Counted from the stretch's first letter, positions 18,130 through 27,574 are shown. The stretch is 64,000 nt of DNA from Gammaproteobacteria bacterium (GCA_050298595.1 JBNKUM010000094.1:1-64000), one strand, 5' to 3'. Translations and numbers: made by a program. Notes: generated by a model not told the origin, from the sequence alone.

Positions 18130-18909
18130 ATGGAAGATAAATATATTATTAGATCTCCAAATTTTACAGAATCACGAGTTTTACTAAGATCTGGAAATGA
18201 TGTTTATGATGGTCCTAAATCATCTCCATCTAATGACTATGAGAAAATAGAAAGAAGTGATGAGGAGGTAGTAGATCATGAAGACATTCAAAAGAAATAT
18301 ATTGAATTAGACGTCAAAGTAAAACTTCTTGCTAAAGATAGAGATAAACTGGAAAAGCAATTTGAACGTTTGAAGACAGATCAAGAGCTTCTTGATAGGG
18401 AAAAAAGCAGTTTTCGTGACGAAGTAGAAAAAGAAGTCAGGGCTCTTGTGGAGAAAAGGGTTGAGGAAGAATATAGAGAGAAAACTGAGCAGCTCCTCAC
18501 GCTTATAGATTCTCTTGCTGTTTGTAAATCTCAAGAGATAATCGATTTTGAAGAAGATCTGATAGCACTTGTGTATCAGGCTGTATGTAAAATTATAGGT
18601 CAATCAGTTATAGACAGGGATATGATTGTATCAACGGTGCGTGAGGTTATTTCTCATGCGCAAGACCGAATGCAAATGACGCTATTGGTTTCACCTCGAG
18701 ACTATTCTCTTATAGTAGAGGCTAAAGAGGAGTTAAGTAGAGGTCTCAATAATAGACTCGAGGTTATTTCCGATGATCAGGTTCGCTACGGTGGATGTGT
18801 TCTTAAAACAGACGCAGGGACGATCGACGCACGATTGGAGCAGCAACTGCGTAGACTACTCGATGTATTGCTGGAGGAACGAAATCGTTCCCATGGAAGC
18901 GAAAAGTAG
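18130..18909 (+). CDS. fliH: ATPase regulator FliH/SctL
   Basis: Coiled coil, LLVSPRDY, DDQVRYGGCVLKTDAGTIDARLEQQL. Confidence 0.88.
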   Translation: MEDKYIIRSPNFTESRVLLRSGNDVYDGPKSSPSNDYEKIERSDEEVVDHEDIQKKYIELDVKVKLLAKDRDKLEKQFERLKTDQELLDREKSSFRDEVEKEVRALVEKRVEEEYREKTEQLLTLIDSLAVCKSQEIIDFEEDLIALVYQAVCKIIGQSVIDRDMIVSTVREVISHAQDRMQMTLLVSPRDYSLIVEAKEELSRGLNNRLEVISDDQVRYGGCVLKTDAGTIDARLEQQLRRLLDVLLEERNRSHGSEK

Positions 18910-18911
18910 CA

Positions 18912-20225
18912 ATGCGTCTTCAGTCGTATCAAAAAGCTTTACGTAGTTCGGACTTGATGAAAAAGTCCGGGAAGGTGACACAAGTATATGGCCTAACGGT
19001 TGAGTCAAATGGTCCAGATGCTTTTTTAGGAGAATTATGTGAAATAAACAGTCAGCACTCTAAAAGGATAAGTGCTGAAGTGGTGGCACTAAAAAATGGC
19101 AAAGTTTATCTGATGCCCTATTCAGAATTAATGGGAATTTATCTGGGCAGTGATGTAAGTACTACAGGAAAACCTGTCACTGTTTCGGTTGGAAAAGGGC
19201 TTTTGGGTCGAGTTGTTAATGCCTTTGGGAAGCCGATAGATAATAAAGGTCCACTCTCTGATGTAAATGAAGAATATCCTTTGTATTCTACACCGCAAAA
19301 TCCTCTACATAGGGCTCGAATTAATCAAATAATGGAAACGGGAGTAAAAAGTATTGATGCGCTACTCACTCTGGGGAAAGGTCAGCGAGTGGGTATTTTT
19401 GCAGGTAGTGGAGTAGGGAAGAGTACTCTACTCGGCATGATCGCAAGGCATATGAACGCTGATATTAATGTCATAGCACTAGTTGGTGAGCGGGGTAGGG
19501 AAGTAAAGGAATTTATCGAAAAAAGCCTCGGTCAGGAAGGGTTAGAAAAAACAGTGGTGGTAGTAGCTACTTCAGATGAAACTGCAATATCTCGTACTCA
19601 TGCTGCGTTATCAGCAACTGCAATGGCTGAGTATTTCAGGGATCAGGGGAAAGATGTCATGTTAATGATGGATTCTGTGACCCGTTATGCCATGGCTCTT
19701 CGAGAAATTGGTCTGGCTGTCGGGGAACCCCCTACGTCACGGGGATTTACACCGTCAGTATTTTCTGCGCTTCCTAGATTACTGGAGCGTTGTGGTGCCA
19801 ATGAGTCAGGGGGCTCTATCACAGCATTATATACGGTTCTAGTTGAAGGGGATGATATCAATGATCCGATTGCTGATGCGCTTCGGGCGATTTTAGATGG
19901 GCATTTTGTATTGAATAGAGATATTGCTAATCAAGGGCAGTACCCGGCAATTGATATTCTGCAAAGTAATAGTCGGTTAATGAATGATTTGATTGATAAA
20001 GAAACCTTGAAGTTGGTTACGGAATTTGTGAGTTATGTAAACCTGTATGAAAAATCCAGGGATATGATAGATCTAGGAGCTTATAAGCCAGGAACTAATT
20101 CTGCTTTAGATACTGTTATTAAATTAATGCCTGAAATAAGGAAGTTTTTACTTCAAGGGATTGAAGATAGTATTACGAGGAGTGATGCTCTTCATCAAAT
20201 AAAGGAAGTGATTGGTGTGCAGTAA
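18912..20225 (+). CDS. fliI: Export ATPase FliI/SctN
   Basis: GQRVGIFAGSGVGKSTLLGM (Walker A), LMMDSVTRYAMALREIG, ITALYTVLVEGDD. Confidence 0.95.
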   Translation: MRLQSYQKALRSSDLMKKSGKVTQVYGLTVESNGPDAFLGELCEINSQHSKRISAEVVALKNGKVYLMPYSELMGIYLGSDVSTTGKPVTVSVGKGLLGRVVNAFGKPIDNKGPLSDVNEEYPLYSTPQNPLHRARINQIMETGVKSIDALLTLGKGQRVGIFAGSGVGKSTLLGMIARHMNADINVIALVGERGREVKEFIEKSLGQEGLEKTVVVVATSDETAISRTHAALSATAMAEYFRDQGKDVMLMMDSVTRYAMALREIGLAVGEPPTSRGFTPSVFSALPRLLERCGANESGGSITALYTVLVEGDDINDPIADALRAILDGHFVLNRDIANQGQYPAIDILQSNSRLMNDLIDKETLKLVTEFVSYVNLYEKSRDMIDLGAYKPGTNSALDTVIKLMPEIRKFLLQGIEDSITRSDALHQIKEVIGVQ

Positions 20226-20694
20226 TATAACTAAAATTAAGAAAAAACTACAGGCAGTTTCACCAATTCTTCAAGTTAATCAATTGTTTCTTGATGATTT
20301 AGTTGTGTCGATGAAGGAGAAACTATCTGAGCTGGATAAAAGTATTGCTGATAGAGATGAAGTGGTATTAAAAAGAATTCAATTTATCAGTGATATACAC
20401 TCTAAAGCTGAAAGAGCAGATAAGGTTGATTTAGAAAGTCTGCAAAATGCTCGTTATTATCTTGAAAAAATAGATGAGCAAATAGACCAGGCTGCAATCG
20501 ATTTAGCCAAAAAAGAAACTGATTTGGATGGGTTAAAAGATCAGGTGAAATCACAACAGCTTAGTATTAAGAATATTGAAAAATTTATAGATAAAAACAA
20601 GGGCTCTCTAACTCTCGAAGAAGAAAAGATATCGATGAATAATTTAGATGAGCTGTTTTTGCAGAAATTACATCTGGGAGTAAAGTATGAGTAG
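20212..20694 (+). CDS. FliJ/SctO-like coiled-coil stalk protein
   Basis: Follows fliI; ~160-aa coiled coil ending EEEKISMNNLDE. Confidence 0.65.
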   Translation: MVCSNITKIKKKLQAVSPILQVNQLFLDDLVVSMKEKLSELDKSIADRDEVVLKRIQFISDIHSKAERADKVDLESLQNARYYLEKIDEQIDQAAIDLAKKETDLDGLKDQVKSQQLSIKNIEKFIDKNKGSLTLEEEKISMNNLDELFLQKLHLGVKYE

Positions 20695-21334
20695 CGTTGA
20701 CATCTTGATACCTGCAAGTACCCAGGGCAAGTCAAATTCAACATCCAGTAGTTTTAATCAAAAGCAGGCCTGGTTAGAAGAGCTTGAAAAAGCCCAAAAA
20801 ATACTACATAGCGATAATTCTGTATTAGAAAGCAATATTCGACAGAGTGTCAAAAAAAATAACTCGAATGAAGTCATTGTTTCTGAGTTATGTGAAACCG
20901 AAGAAATCGATTTTCAAAATTTTGAAATAGATAACAGGGTGAAAGATAGTCATGCAGATATAAAATCGGCGATCAAAATAATACATAACCCTGTAGAGAT
21001 AAAATCAAGTATTGGATCAATAAGTGTATTCGAAGGATGTGCTCATGGTTTCTATTTTAATGATGCTATAAAAAATACTACCTATCAAGCCGACGAAAAA
21101 ACTATGAAGTTAGAAAATATGAGGACGCAGTTTCAAACTAATTATGAATTGCAAAATATCAATCTAATTGTCGGTGAGAAGGGCATAAAGATAATGCTGA
21201 GAGATTACCGTATTAGTGACAAAGATCTTACAAAAATAATTTTTAAAATTAAAGAAACCTTAACGGATATAGGTCTAGAGATAGATAAAATTGTAGTGAA
21301 TGGAAGTGATTTTAATTGGCAATATGTCGCGTAA
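20687..21334 (+). CDS. Hypothetical protein at the canonical fliK position, possibly a second short ruler protein
   Basis: Between the fliJ-like gene and flgD. Low-complexity N-terminus and C-terminal INLIVGEKGIKIMLRD...LTDIGLEIDKIVVNG (T3S4-like by eye). Confidence 0.45.
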   Translation: MSSVDILIPASTQGKSNSTSSSFNQKQAWLEELEKAQKILHSDNSVLESNIRQSVKKNNSNEVIVSELCETEEIDFQNFEIDNRVKDSHADIKSAIKIIHNPVEIKSSIGSISVFEGCAHGFYFNDAIKNTTYQADEKTMKLENMRTQFQTNYELQNINLIVGEKGIKIMLRDYRISDKDLTKIIFKIKETLTDIGLEIDKIVVNGSDFNWQYVA

Positions 21335-21355
21335 AACTTTTAAAGGAGTTTAGTA

Positions 21356-21778
21356 ATGATAGATAGTATTGGTGCCGCTGGGTCACAGGCTGTGAGTCAG
21401 TCGGATACGGTAACAAATCAAGCGAGTTTGGGGCAAGAAGAGTTTTTAAATATCTTACTTACACAGTTGTCGTTTCAAGATCCTTTGAAACCTATGGATA
21501 ATCAGGAGTTTATTGCTCAAATGGCGCAATTTACAAATCTTGAGCAAACACGGCAGCTCAGCGAAAATTCTGATGTTTTATTAACCGTACAATCAGCAAC
21601 ACAAGCTATCGGGCTAATAGGTAAAACTGTAACAGTATCTTCTGGAAATACTACTCAAGTTGGTACTGTAACAACAATTGCTTTTAATCAAGGTGTTCCA
21701 GAGTTAAGTGTCCAGTTATCTGGTGGTGGGGCGTTAACTAATATTAGGTTGGCTAATGTGTTGTCAGTAAGGAATTAA
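21356..21778 (+). CDS. flgD: Hook-capping protein FlgD (short form)
   Basis: LGQEEFLNILLTQLSFQDPLKPMDNQEFIAQMAQFTNLEQ, LIGKTV. Confidence 0.93.
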   Translation: MIDSIGAAGSQAVSQSDTVTNQASLGQEEFLNILLTQLSFQDPLKPMDNQEFIAQMAQFTNLEQTRQLSENSDVLLTVQSATQAIGLIGKTVTVSSGNTTQVGTVTTIAFNQGVPELSVQLSGGGALTNIRLANVLSVRN

Positions 21779-21791
21779 AGGGAAAAGACTT

Positions 21792-23009
21792 ATGATTGGT
21801 TCAATATATAATGGCATGTCGGGTTTACTTGCTTTTTCTCAAGGCTTAAATACGATCAGTTCAAATGTATCCAATATGAACACTCCGGGGTACAAAAGCT
21901 CAGAGCTTCAGTTTCTGGATGTGTTTTATAAATCTCAGTATTCTTCGTTAGAAAACGGGGATGTTGAATTTTATCAAACAGGTGGAGGTGTAGGTACTGG
22001 CTCTACAACTACAAGTTTTAATGATGGTGAAGTTAGAAATACTGGGAATGATCTTGATGTGGCAATTCAAGGAAATGGCTTTCTTGTTTTAAATAAGAAT
22101 ACAGAAACCTTTTATTCCCGCGCTGGCCAATTCGAATTTAACGATGAGGGGTTTCTGGTGTCTAGATTAAACGGAGCTAGAGTGCAGACTATTGATGAAG
22201 TAGGGCGCCTTTTTGATATCAATCAAAATGATTTTTTATTAATGCCTCAGGAGTCAACCTCTACAGTTTCATTTACGGGTATTTTATCAACCGGCACTCT
22301 GAATTCTGATGGAGATCCGATACATCAGGTGCAGGGTGTTACAGTAATAGATTCTCTGGGGGATAAAAGAATTTTAGATATTGACTTTGAGTTGACTGAT
22401 ATTACCAATATCGAATGGTCAGTTCGAATAATTGAGAACTCCGTTACTATTGCAACCGGTACTGTAGGATATCAACCATCAGGACAACCTAACCCTGATG
22501 CCAATAGCTTCAACTTTATTTTAAGTGCAAAAGATGGGACTGAGTCTGAAATTAAGATATTTATGGGTGACGATGGCTCAGCAGATTCATCTACTTCGAG
22601 TTCTTTTGGAAGCTCCTCATCTTTAGCCAGCCTGAATATAGATGGTTTTTCTTCAGGTAGCATCGTAAGTTCTTCTTTCGATGAATTTGGTATTTTGAAT
22701 TCTGAGTATTCAAACGGCGAAACTCAGAAGAATGGTCAGTTAGCCTTAGCTTCGTTTCTACAATTACAAGATTTAGAGCAACAAGGAGGAGGCATGTTCT
22801 CTAGTAATGGGTTGAATCCGACACTTGGACATGCTGATGATGGTGTGATGGGTAAATTCATCCCCCGTTCTGTTGAACTTTCTAATGTTGAATTAACACA
22901 ACAATTTGGGGACTTGATTATTGTTCAGAGGGGATATCAGGCTTCTTCCCAAATACTCACAGTTTCCAATGAAATGCTACAACAGTTAATAGAAATGAGA
23001 GGGAGATAA
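21792..23009 (+). CDS. flgE: Hook protein FlgE
   Basis: GMSGL..ISSNVSNMNTPGYK, TGNDLDVAIQGNGF, YSRAGQFEF, YSNGET, ELSNVELTQQFGDLIIVQRGYQAS; 405 aa. Confidence 0.92.
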   Translation: MIGSIYNGMSGLLAFSQGLNTISSNVSNMNTPGYKSSELQFLDVFYKSQYSSLENGDVEFYQTGGGVGTGSTTTSFNDGEVRNTGNDLDVAIQGNGFLVLNKNTETFYSRAGQFEFNDEGFLVSRLNGARVQTIDEVGRLFDINQNDFLLMPQESTSTVSFTGILSTGTLNSDGDPIHQVQGVTVIDSLGDKRILDIDFELTDITNIEWSVRIIENSVTIATGTVGYQPSGQPNPDANSFNFILSAKDGTESEIKIFMGDDGSADSSTSSSFGSSSSLASLNIDGFSSGSIVSSSFDEFGILNSEYSNGETQKNGQLALASFLQLQDLEQQGGGMFSSNGLNPTLGHADDGVMGKFIPRSVELSNVELTQQFGDLIIVQRGYQASSQILTVSNEMLQQLIEMRGR

Positions 23010-23806
23010 TGGAGGAAATGCCTTTCAGACTCTATGGAGAGTCCTATATGGGCTCATTAAGAGGCAATATTTCTGAAATAGTAAAACAATGGGTAAAGGA
23101 ATGGGTATCTATTAACGGTGAATCAACTCTGGCTGGTGTCAATGTTAGTACGGATCTAAATTCAATAATAAATGATAAAGAGATGAATATTAGGACGCTA
23201 AGATATGAAAAATCAGAGGTTTATATTTTTTCTAGTTTAATAGTGTTAAATGAATTGCTTGCTTATATTACAGACATTGGCTTGTATGAAAGTTCAATAT
23301 CTCAATCGAAAATTTCTGAGTCTATTGTTCATGAGTGTTTGAAAGATTTGTGTTTGAAATTCATCAATGATGACAAGGTGAATAGTAGAGAGCACCAAAT
23401 ATTTAAGTCTGAATTTAATGAAGAAATTACAAAGAATCCAGGGCATATTCTAATAAAAATTAGCCTGAGAAAGGGTGATATAAATTTTATATTGCCGGCT
23501 TTGATAGTAGAGAAAGCTTGCCCGTTACCAGAAGAAAGGAATAGACAAAAAGACAAACTCCAGCCAATAAGAAATTGTAAGATTGAGGGTACGGTAGCGC
23601 TTAATCTTACAGTAGGTAGTGCTGTTCTTGATTATGGGACAGTTTCTAATTTATCCGCTGGCGATGTTATCAGGCTAGACTCAGAGATCGATAAACCTTT
23701 ATCGGTTAAAACAAAAGATAATCTATATGTTTGCAGTGCATACTTAGGTAAAAGGAACTCTAAAAAGGCCGCAAAAGTTGTATTAAATAAATCAGGTGAA
23801 TTATGA
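23009..23806 (+). CDS. FliM/SctQ-like C-ring protein with a C-terminal SpoA domain
   Basis: C-terminal LNLTVGSAVL..VSNLSAGDVIRLDSEIDKPL..AYLGKR. Divergent N-terminus without LSQxEIDALL. Confidence 0.7.
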   Translation: MEEMPFRLYGESYMGSLRGNISEIVKQWVKEWVSINGESTLAGVNVSTDLNSIINDKEMNIRTLRYEKSEVYIFSSLIVLNELLAYITDIGLYESSISQSKISESIVHECLKDLCLKFINDDKVNSREHQIFKSEFNEEITKNPGHILIKISLRKGDINFILPALIVEKACPLPEERNRQKDKLQPIRNCKIEGTVALNLTVGSAVLDYGTVSNLSAGDVIRLDSEIDKPLSVKTKDNLYVCSAYLGKRNSKKAAKVVLNKSGEL

Positions 23807-24099
23807 CTATAAGTGACATTGAATATCAGGATCTTAGTGAATCAATTAAAACTACTGATTCTCTTGGAACAAGATACGAATTAATTAAAGATGTTAAAGT
23901 TAATTTATCTGTATCTGTTGGTGATTGCGAAATAAGTGTTTCAGAATTATTCGACCTAAAGGATGGTAGCGTTATTAGTTTAAACAGGGATGTCTTTGCG
24001 CCAGTAGATGTTATGCACAATGGTAAAGTTATTGCACGTGGTGATCTGGTTGCTGTTGGAGATAATTTTGGTGTAAGAATTACAGAAATTGATCAGTAA
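23803..24099 (+). CDS. fliN: C-ring protein FliN
   Basis: IKDVKVNLSVSVG..ISVSELFDLKDGSVISL..PVDVMHNGKVIARGDLVAVGDNFGVRITEI. Confidence 0.92.
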   Translation: MTISDIEYQDLSESIKTTDSLGTRYELIKDVKVNLSVSVGDCEISVSELFDLKDGSVISLNRDVFAPVDVMHNGKVIARGDLVAVGDNFGVRITEIDQ

Positions 24100-24527
24100 T
24101 GATAGTAAGGGTATTTTTTTTAATTTCCTGTCTTTGTCTATTTCCTTGTTGTGTACAGGCTCAAGAGACTCCAGCAGTATCGGAAAATTCTGAGCTCGAG
24201 TTGGCTGCTACATCTCACCGGAAATCTGTTATCCCCTATAAGAAGGATTTCTCCGTACCGGATAGGTCAATATTTATCATATTGTCATTGGTAATACTTT
24301 TAATTACTGCAAGTGTGGTTTTGTATTATTTAAAGAAGAATAAGCTTATCTCAATCAAGGGAGCTTCTGGTAATGATGATATATTAATAGTTGAGACAAA
24401 AAGGTTGAGTACAAAGTCAATTGCCTATCTTTTAAAAGTTAAAGACAGCGATATCCTATTAGTGCAGTCTGATACCTCCATTAATATGATTTGTTTAGGC
24501 GAAGATCAATCAAGTGACAATGTTTAA
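24099..24527 (+). CDS. FliO-like membrane protein
   Basis: Between fliN and fliP; signal peptide plus TM, then ILIVETKRLSTKSIAYLLKV pattern. Confidence 0.65.
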   Translation: MIVRVFFLISCLCLFPCCVQAQETPAVSENSELELAATSHRKSVIPYKKDFSVPDRSIFIILSLVILLITASVVLYYLKKNKLISIKGASGNDDILIVETKRLSTKSIAYLLKVKDSDILLVQSDTSINMICLGEDQSSDNV

Positions 24528-24530
24528 TTT

Positions 24531-25298
24531 GTGATGATTCGTATTCCTGTTTTTAAATTACTATCTATTTTCCTTGTATTGTTCTTACCCGATGTGGCTG
24601 TGAGTTCTGATATGAGTTTCCCTGGTGTTGAAATTAATTTCACAGACTCTGGTGTTGATCAAGAACCAAATAAAGTTGCAAATGCTTTAAAGATTATATT
24701 GGGGCTAACCGTTTTAAGTATTGCCCCTGCTTTTTTGATCGTAATGACGTCTTTCAGTAGAATTATCATAGTTCTCGCAATGCTACGTCATGCATTAGGT
24801 ATGCAGCAGACTCCTCCGAATACTGTATTAATAAGCCTCGCTTTATTTTTGACTTTTTTTAATATGTTGCCAGTTATGGAAAAAGTTAATGCTAATTCAT
24901 TTCAACCATTTATGGAAAATAAAATTGATACTGAAACGGCATTCAGGCTCGGGATGAAGCCATTGCGAGAATTCATGATCCGTCAAACTAGAGAAAAAGA
25001 CCTTGCTTTGATGGTGGAGTTATCTCAATCGGAAATGCCTGAAAGTGTAGAAGATATAAAAAATTTACAAATAATCCCAGCTTTTATGATTAGTGAATTA
25101 AAAACCGCTTTTCAAATAGGTTTTGTAATCTTCCTGCCTTTTCTAATTGTTGATCTACTTACTGCAAGTATTTTAATGTCAATGGGCATGTTGATGGTTC
25201 CCCCAATGATGATCTCGTTACCAATAAAAATCTTGATGTTTGCACTGATAGATGGCTGGAATATTGTAATAAATGCATTAATGTCGAGCTTTAAGTAG
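24531..25298 (+). CDS. fliP: Export gate protein FliP
   Basis: MTSFSRIIIVLAMLRHALGMQQTPPN, PAFMISELKTAFQIGFVIFLPF, PIKILMFALIDGW. Confidence 0.96.
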   Translation: MMIRIPVFKLLSIFLVLFLPDVAVSSDMSFPGVEINFTDSGVDQEPNKVANALKIILGLTVLSIAPAFLIVMTSFSRIIIVLAMLRHALGMQQTPPNTVLISLALFLTFFNMLPVMEKVNANSFQPFMENKIDTETAFRLGMKPLREFMIRQTREKDLALMVELSQSEMPESVEDIKNLQIIPAFMISELKTAFQIGFVIFLPFLIVDLLTASILMSMGMLMVPPMMISLPIKILMFALIDGWNIVINALMSSFK

Positions 25299-25308
25299 GG
25301 ATGCCAGA

Positions 25309-26034
25309 TTGCAGGAAAGTAATACAAAGCTCAATGAGGAGGTTAATATTCGGAAATTGTGGTGCATCTATATTTCGAATAAATCCAGGGAAGTTAAAGA
25401 GGAGTTAATAAATTACTACTTGGAATCTACAAAAATAATTGCGGCCTCTATTTATTCAATGAGATTTAATAATCAAATTGATTTTTCTGACTATTACCAC
25501 TACGGAATACTTGGACTGATTGACGCAATTGATCGATATGACATTTCTCGAGAGATTCAATTTATGTCATTTGCTAAGTTTAGGATTAAAGGATCAATTC
25601 TAAATGGAATTTCCAAGATGAGTGATGTTCTTGAAAAAGTAAATACTGAACACAAAACATCCAGGTACGAGGAGAGGCTTTTATTGCTTCGATCGCAGAA
25701 AGATATTGGTGATATAGATCCTTTCGACGAAATGGTCGATTTGTCTATAAGTCTTGCTTTGGGTTCGTTTTTAGACAATGATTGCAAGAATTCTGATGAA
25801 TTTTGCTATTATTGTGAAGAAGATTTGGAGTTAAAAGAAACTTTGGATCATTTTGTTAAATGCCTAAATGAAGATGAACGAATTATAATAAGTTATCACT
25901 ACTTTCATGAAGTTGCATTTAAAACCATATCCGAAATTATAGGGATTTCCAGGTCTAGAGTTGCTCAGCTCCACAAACAAGGATTAACGAAATTACGAGA
26001 ACTTCTTGAGCAGTCAGTTGATCTTGATGCTTAA
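25309..26034 (+). CDS. FliA/WhiG-like (sigma-28 family) sigma factor
   Basis: YGILGLIDAIDRYD...FMSFAKFRIKGSILN (region 2), LNEDERIIISYHY..FKTISEIIGISRSRVAQLH (region 4). Region 3 appears short or divergent. Confidence 0.8.
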   Translation: MQESNTKLNEEVNIRKLWCIYISNKSREVKEELINYYLESTKIIAASIYSMRFNNQIDFSDYYHYGILGLIDAIDRYDISREIQFMSFAKFRIKGSILNGISKMSDVLEKVNTEHKTSRYEERLLLLRSQKDIGDIDPFDEMVDLSISLALGSFLDNDCKNSDEFCYYCEEDLELKETLDHFVKCLNEDERIIISYHYFHEVAFKTISEIIGISRSRVAQLHKQGLTKLRELLEQSVDLDA

Positions 26035-26037
26035 TAA

Positions 26038-26421
26038 TTATCTATTTTTCCTGCTTAGATCTATTATCATCTCATTCATTTGGAGCAGTGTCTGCGGGTC
26101 ATTTTGAATAGCACCATCAATGTCGTGAATTAATTCATCTAAGTAAATGCTGTTGTTTTTTAAAAAAGAACCAAACTCCCATTCTAGAGTTGATTCAAGG
26201 AAAACTCTTCTCGCTTTGTTTATGAAGTTAGAATCAGACTGATCAAGGGTCCCGATTTTTTTCACAATAATATTTTTTAAGTCAGACTTTTTTTTAGTTA
26301 AGGGTGTGCGGGGGGAGGCGGACTTATTTAAGTAGTCGGTTTTACTTTTCTTTACTATAGATTTTGATACTTCAGATTTTGCAAGATGAAGTAGTCTGTT
26401 TATTTTTTTTATACGATCCAC
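26038..26421 (-). CDS. Hypothetical protein (127 aa), last gene of the convergent TPR operon
   Basis: Open frame co-oriented with and closely following two TPR genes; helical C-terminus ARRVFLESTLEWEFG. Confidence 0.7.
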   Translation of the reverse strand: MDRIKKINRLLHLAKSEVSKSIVKKSKTDYLNKSASPRTPLTKKKSDLKNIIVKKIGTLDQSDSNFINKARRVFLESTLEWEFGSFLKNNSIYLDELIHDIDGAIQNDPQTLLQMNEMIIDLSRKNR

Positions 26422-26441
26422 TATAGGTGCTATAAAGTTAT

Positions 26442-27572
26442 TTAGTATTTTAGATGAATGTTATTTTTGCTTAATATGTCTATTAGTGATTCTTCAGAGT
26501 TTATTTTGTAAGATAAGATACCATGTACGATTTGCTTCGCTCTGTCAGGATTTGTTTTTTGAAGTAATAGACTTTGAGCAAATCGTGCTGAAAATGACAT
26601 ATTGTCAAGTTTTAAAGCTCGTTTCAATCCTTCTTTCGCAGCCTCAGTATCGCCAGACAATATATCTAGTAGGGCTATAGCTCCATGGGTTTCGCCAAAA
26701 TTTCGGTCAATCATCATGGCTTTTTCAAGTGTTAATCGTGCGCCAGCTAAATCATCATTGATCATTTGCGCCCAAGCCAGGGCATGCCAAGTTCCAAGGT
26801 GCTTCGGTATGTGTGCAGTTGCGTTTTTAAGATTTGATATTGCAGAGGTAATATCATGATTTATCAGGTTTGCTAATCCCAATCCAGACCATGCTCTTCC
26901 ATTCTCTGGTTGAGTGTTCAGGGCTGATGTAAAAAACTCTGAGGCTGTCACATGGTCATGATCATTTAAACATAAATTACCTAATGTTGTTGCGGCTTCT
27001 ATATTTTCAGGGTTTACGGAAATGGCTGCATCTGCCAACTCTTTAGCCTCTTTGAACTGCCTTCGATCAAGCTTAAGTAGAGCTAATGTGCCTAATGCGC
27101 TAGGGTTATCAGGGTTATCCTGTAAAAATTCATAAAGGTATTTTTCGGCGTTATTCAGGTCCCCTAAATAATAGTGGCATCTTCCTGCCCAGTATTTTAA
27201 ATTTGGGAAATTTTCATCTAAGTCGATTAAAGAACTGAAAATATTTATAGCCGCTTCATATTCCCGATTAAACAGGAGTGCGTATGCAAGATTGAATTGA
27301 ATGGCAGGGTTAGTTGTGCCTATTTTCCTTAATTTAATGATGGCTTCGTTATATTTATTCTCTGTTAAAAGGATATTTGAATAAATAAAAAGGAGTTCAT
27401 CATTGGTTGGAAATAAATTAAGTCCATTGTTGAGTATGGTGCGCGCTTCTTCTAAGTTGTTGAGTTGTAGGTTTAATTGTGCAAGTTGACAGATAAGATT
27501 TATATTTTCGGGGTCTTGGGCCAGATAGTTGTTGAATCTATCGATTTGTTTTTCAATATCACTGGGTTCCAT
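26442..27572 (-). CDS. Multi-TPR protein (376 aa)
   Basis: Repeated TPR signatures (AQDPENINL, NPDNPSALGTLA, QPENGRAWSGLG, HLGTWHALAWAQ). Confidence 0.88.
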   Translation of the reverse strand: MEPSDIEKQIDRFNNYLAQDPENINLICQLAQLNLQLNNLEEARTILNNGLNLFPTNDELLFIYSNILLTENKYNEAIIKLRKIGTTNPAIQFNLAYALLFNREYEAAINIFSSLIDLDENFPNLKYWAGRCHYYLGDLNNAEKYLYEFLQDNPDNPSALGTLALLKLDRRQFKEAKELADAAISVNPENIEAATTLGNLCLNDHDHVTASEFFTSALNTQPENGRAWSGLGLANLINHDITSAISNLKNATAHIPKHLGTWHALAWAQMINDDLAGARLTLEKAMMIDRNFGETHGAIALLDILSGDTEAAKEGLKRALKLDNMSFSARFAQSLLLQKTNPDRAKQIVHGILSYKINSEESLIDILSKNNIHLKY

Positions 27573-27574
27573 GT

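Noticed and set aside
4661-26034. Ordinary motility or lateral flagellar cluster, or a canonical injectisome
   Set aside because: No filament, stator or full FliG for motility; no secretin (SctC), SctD/J or needle for an injectisome. Motility genes elsewhere in the genome cannot be excluded from this window.
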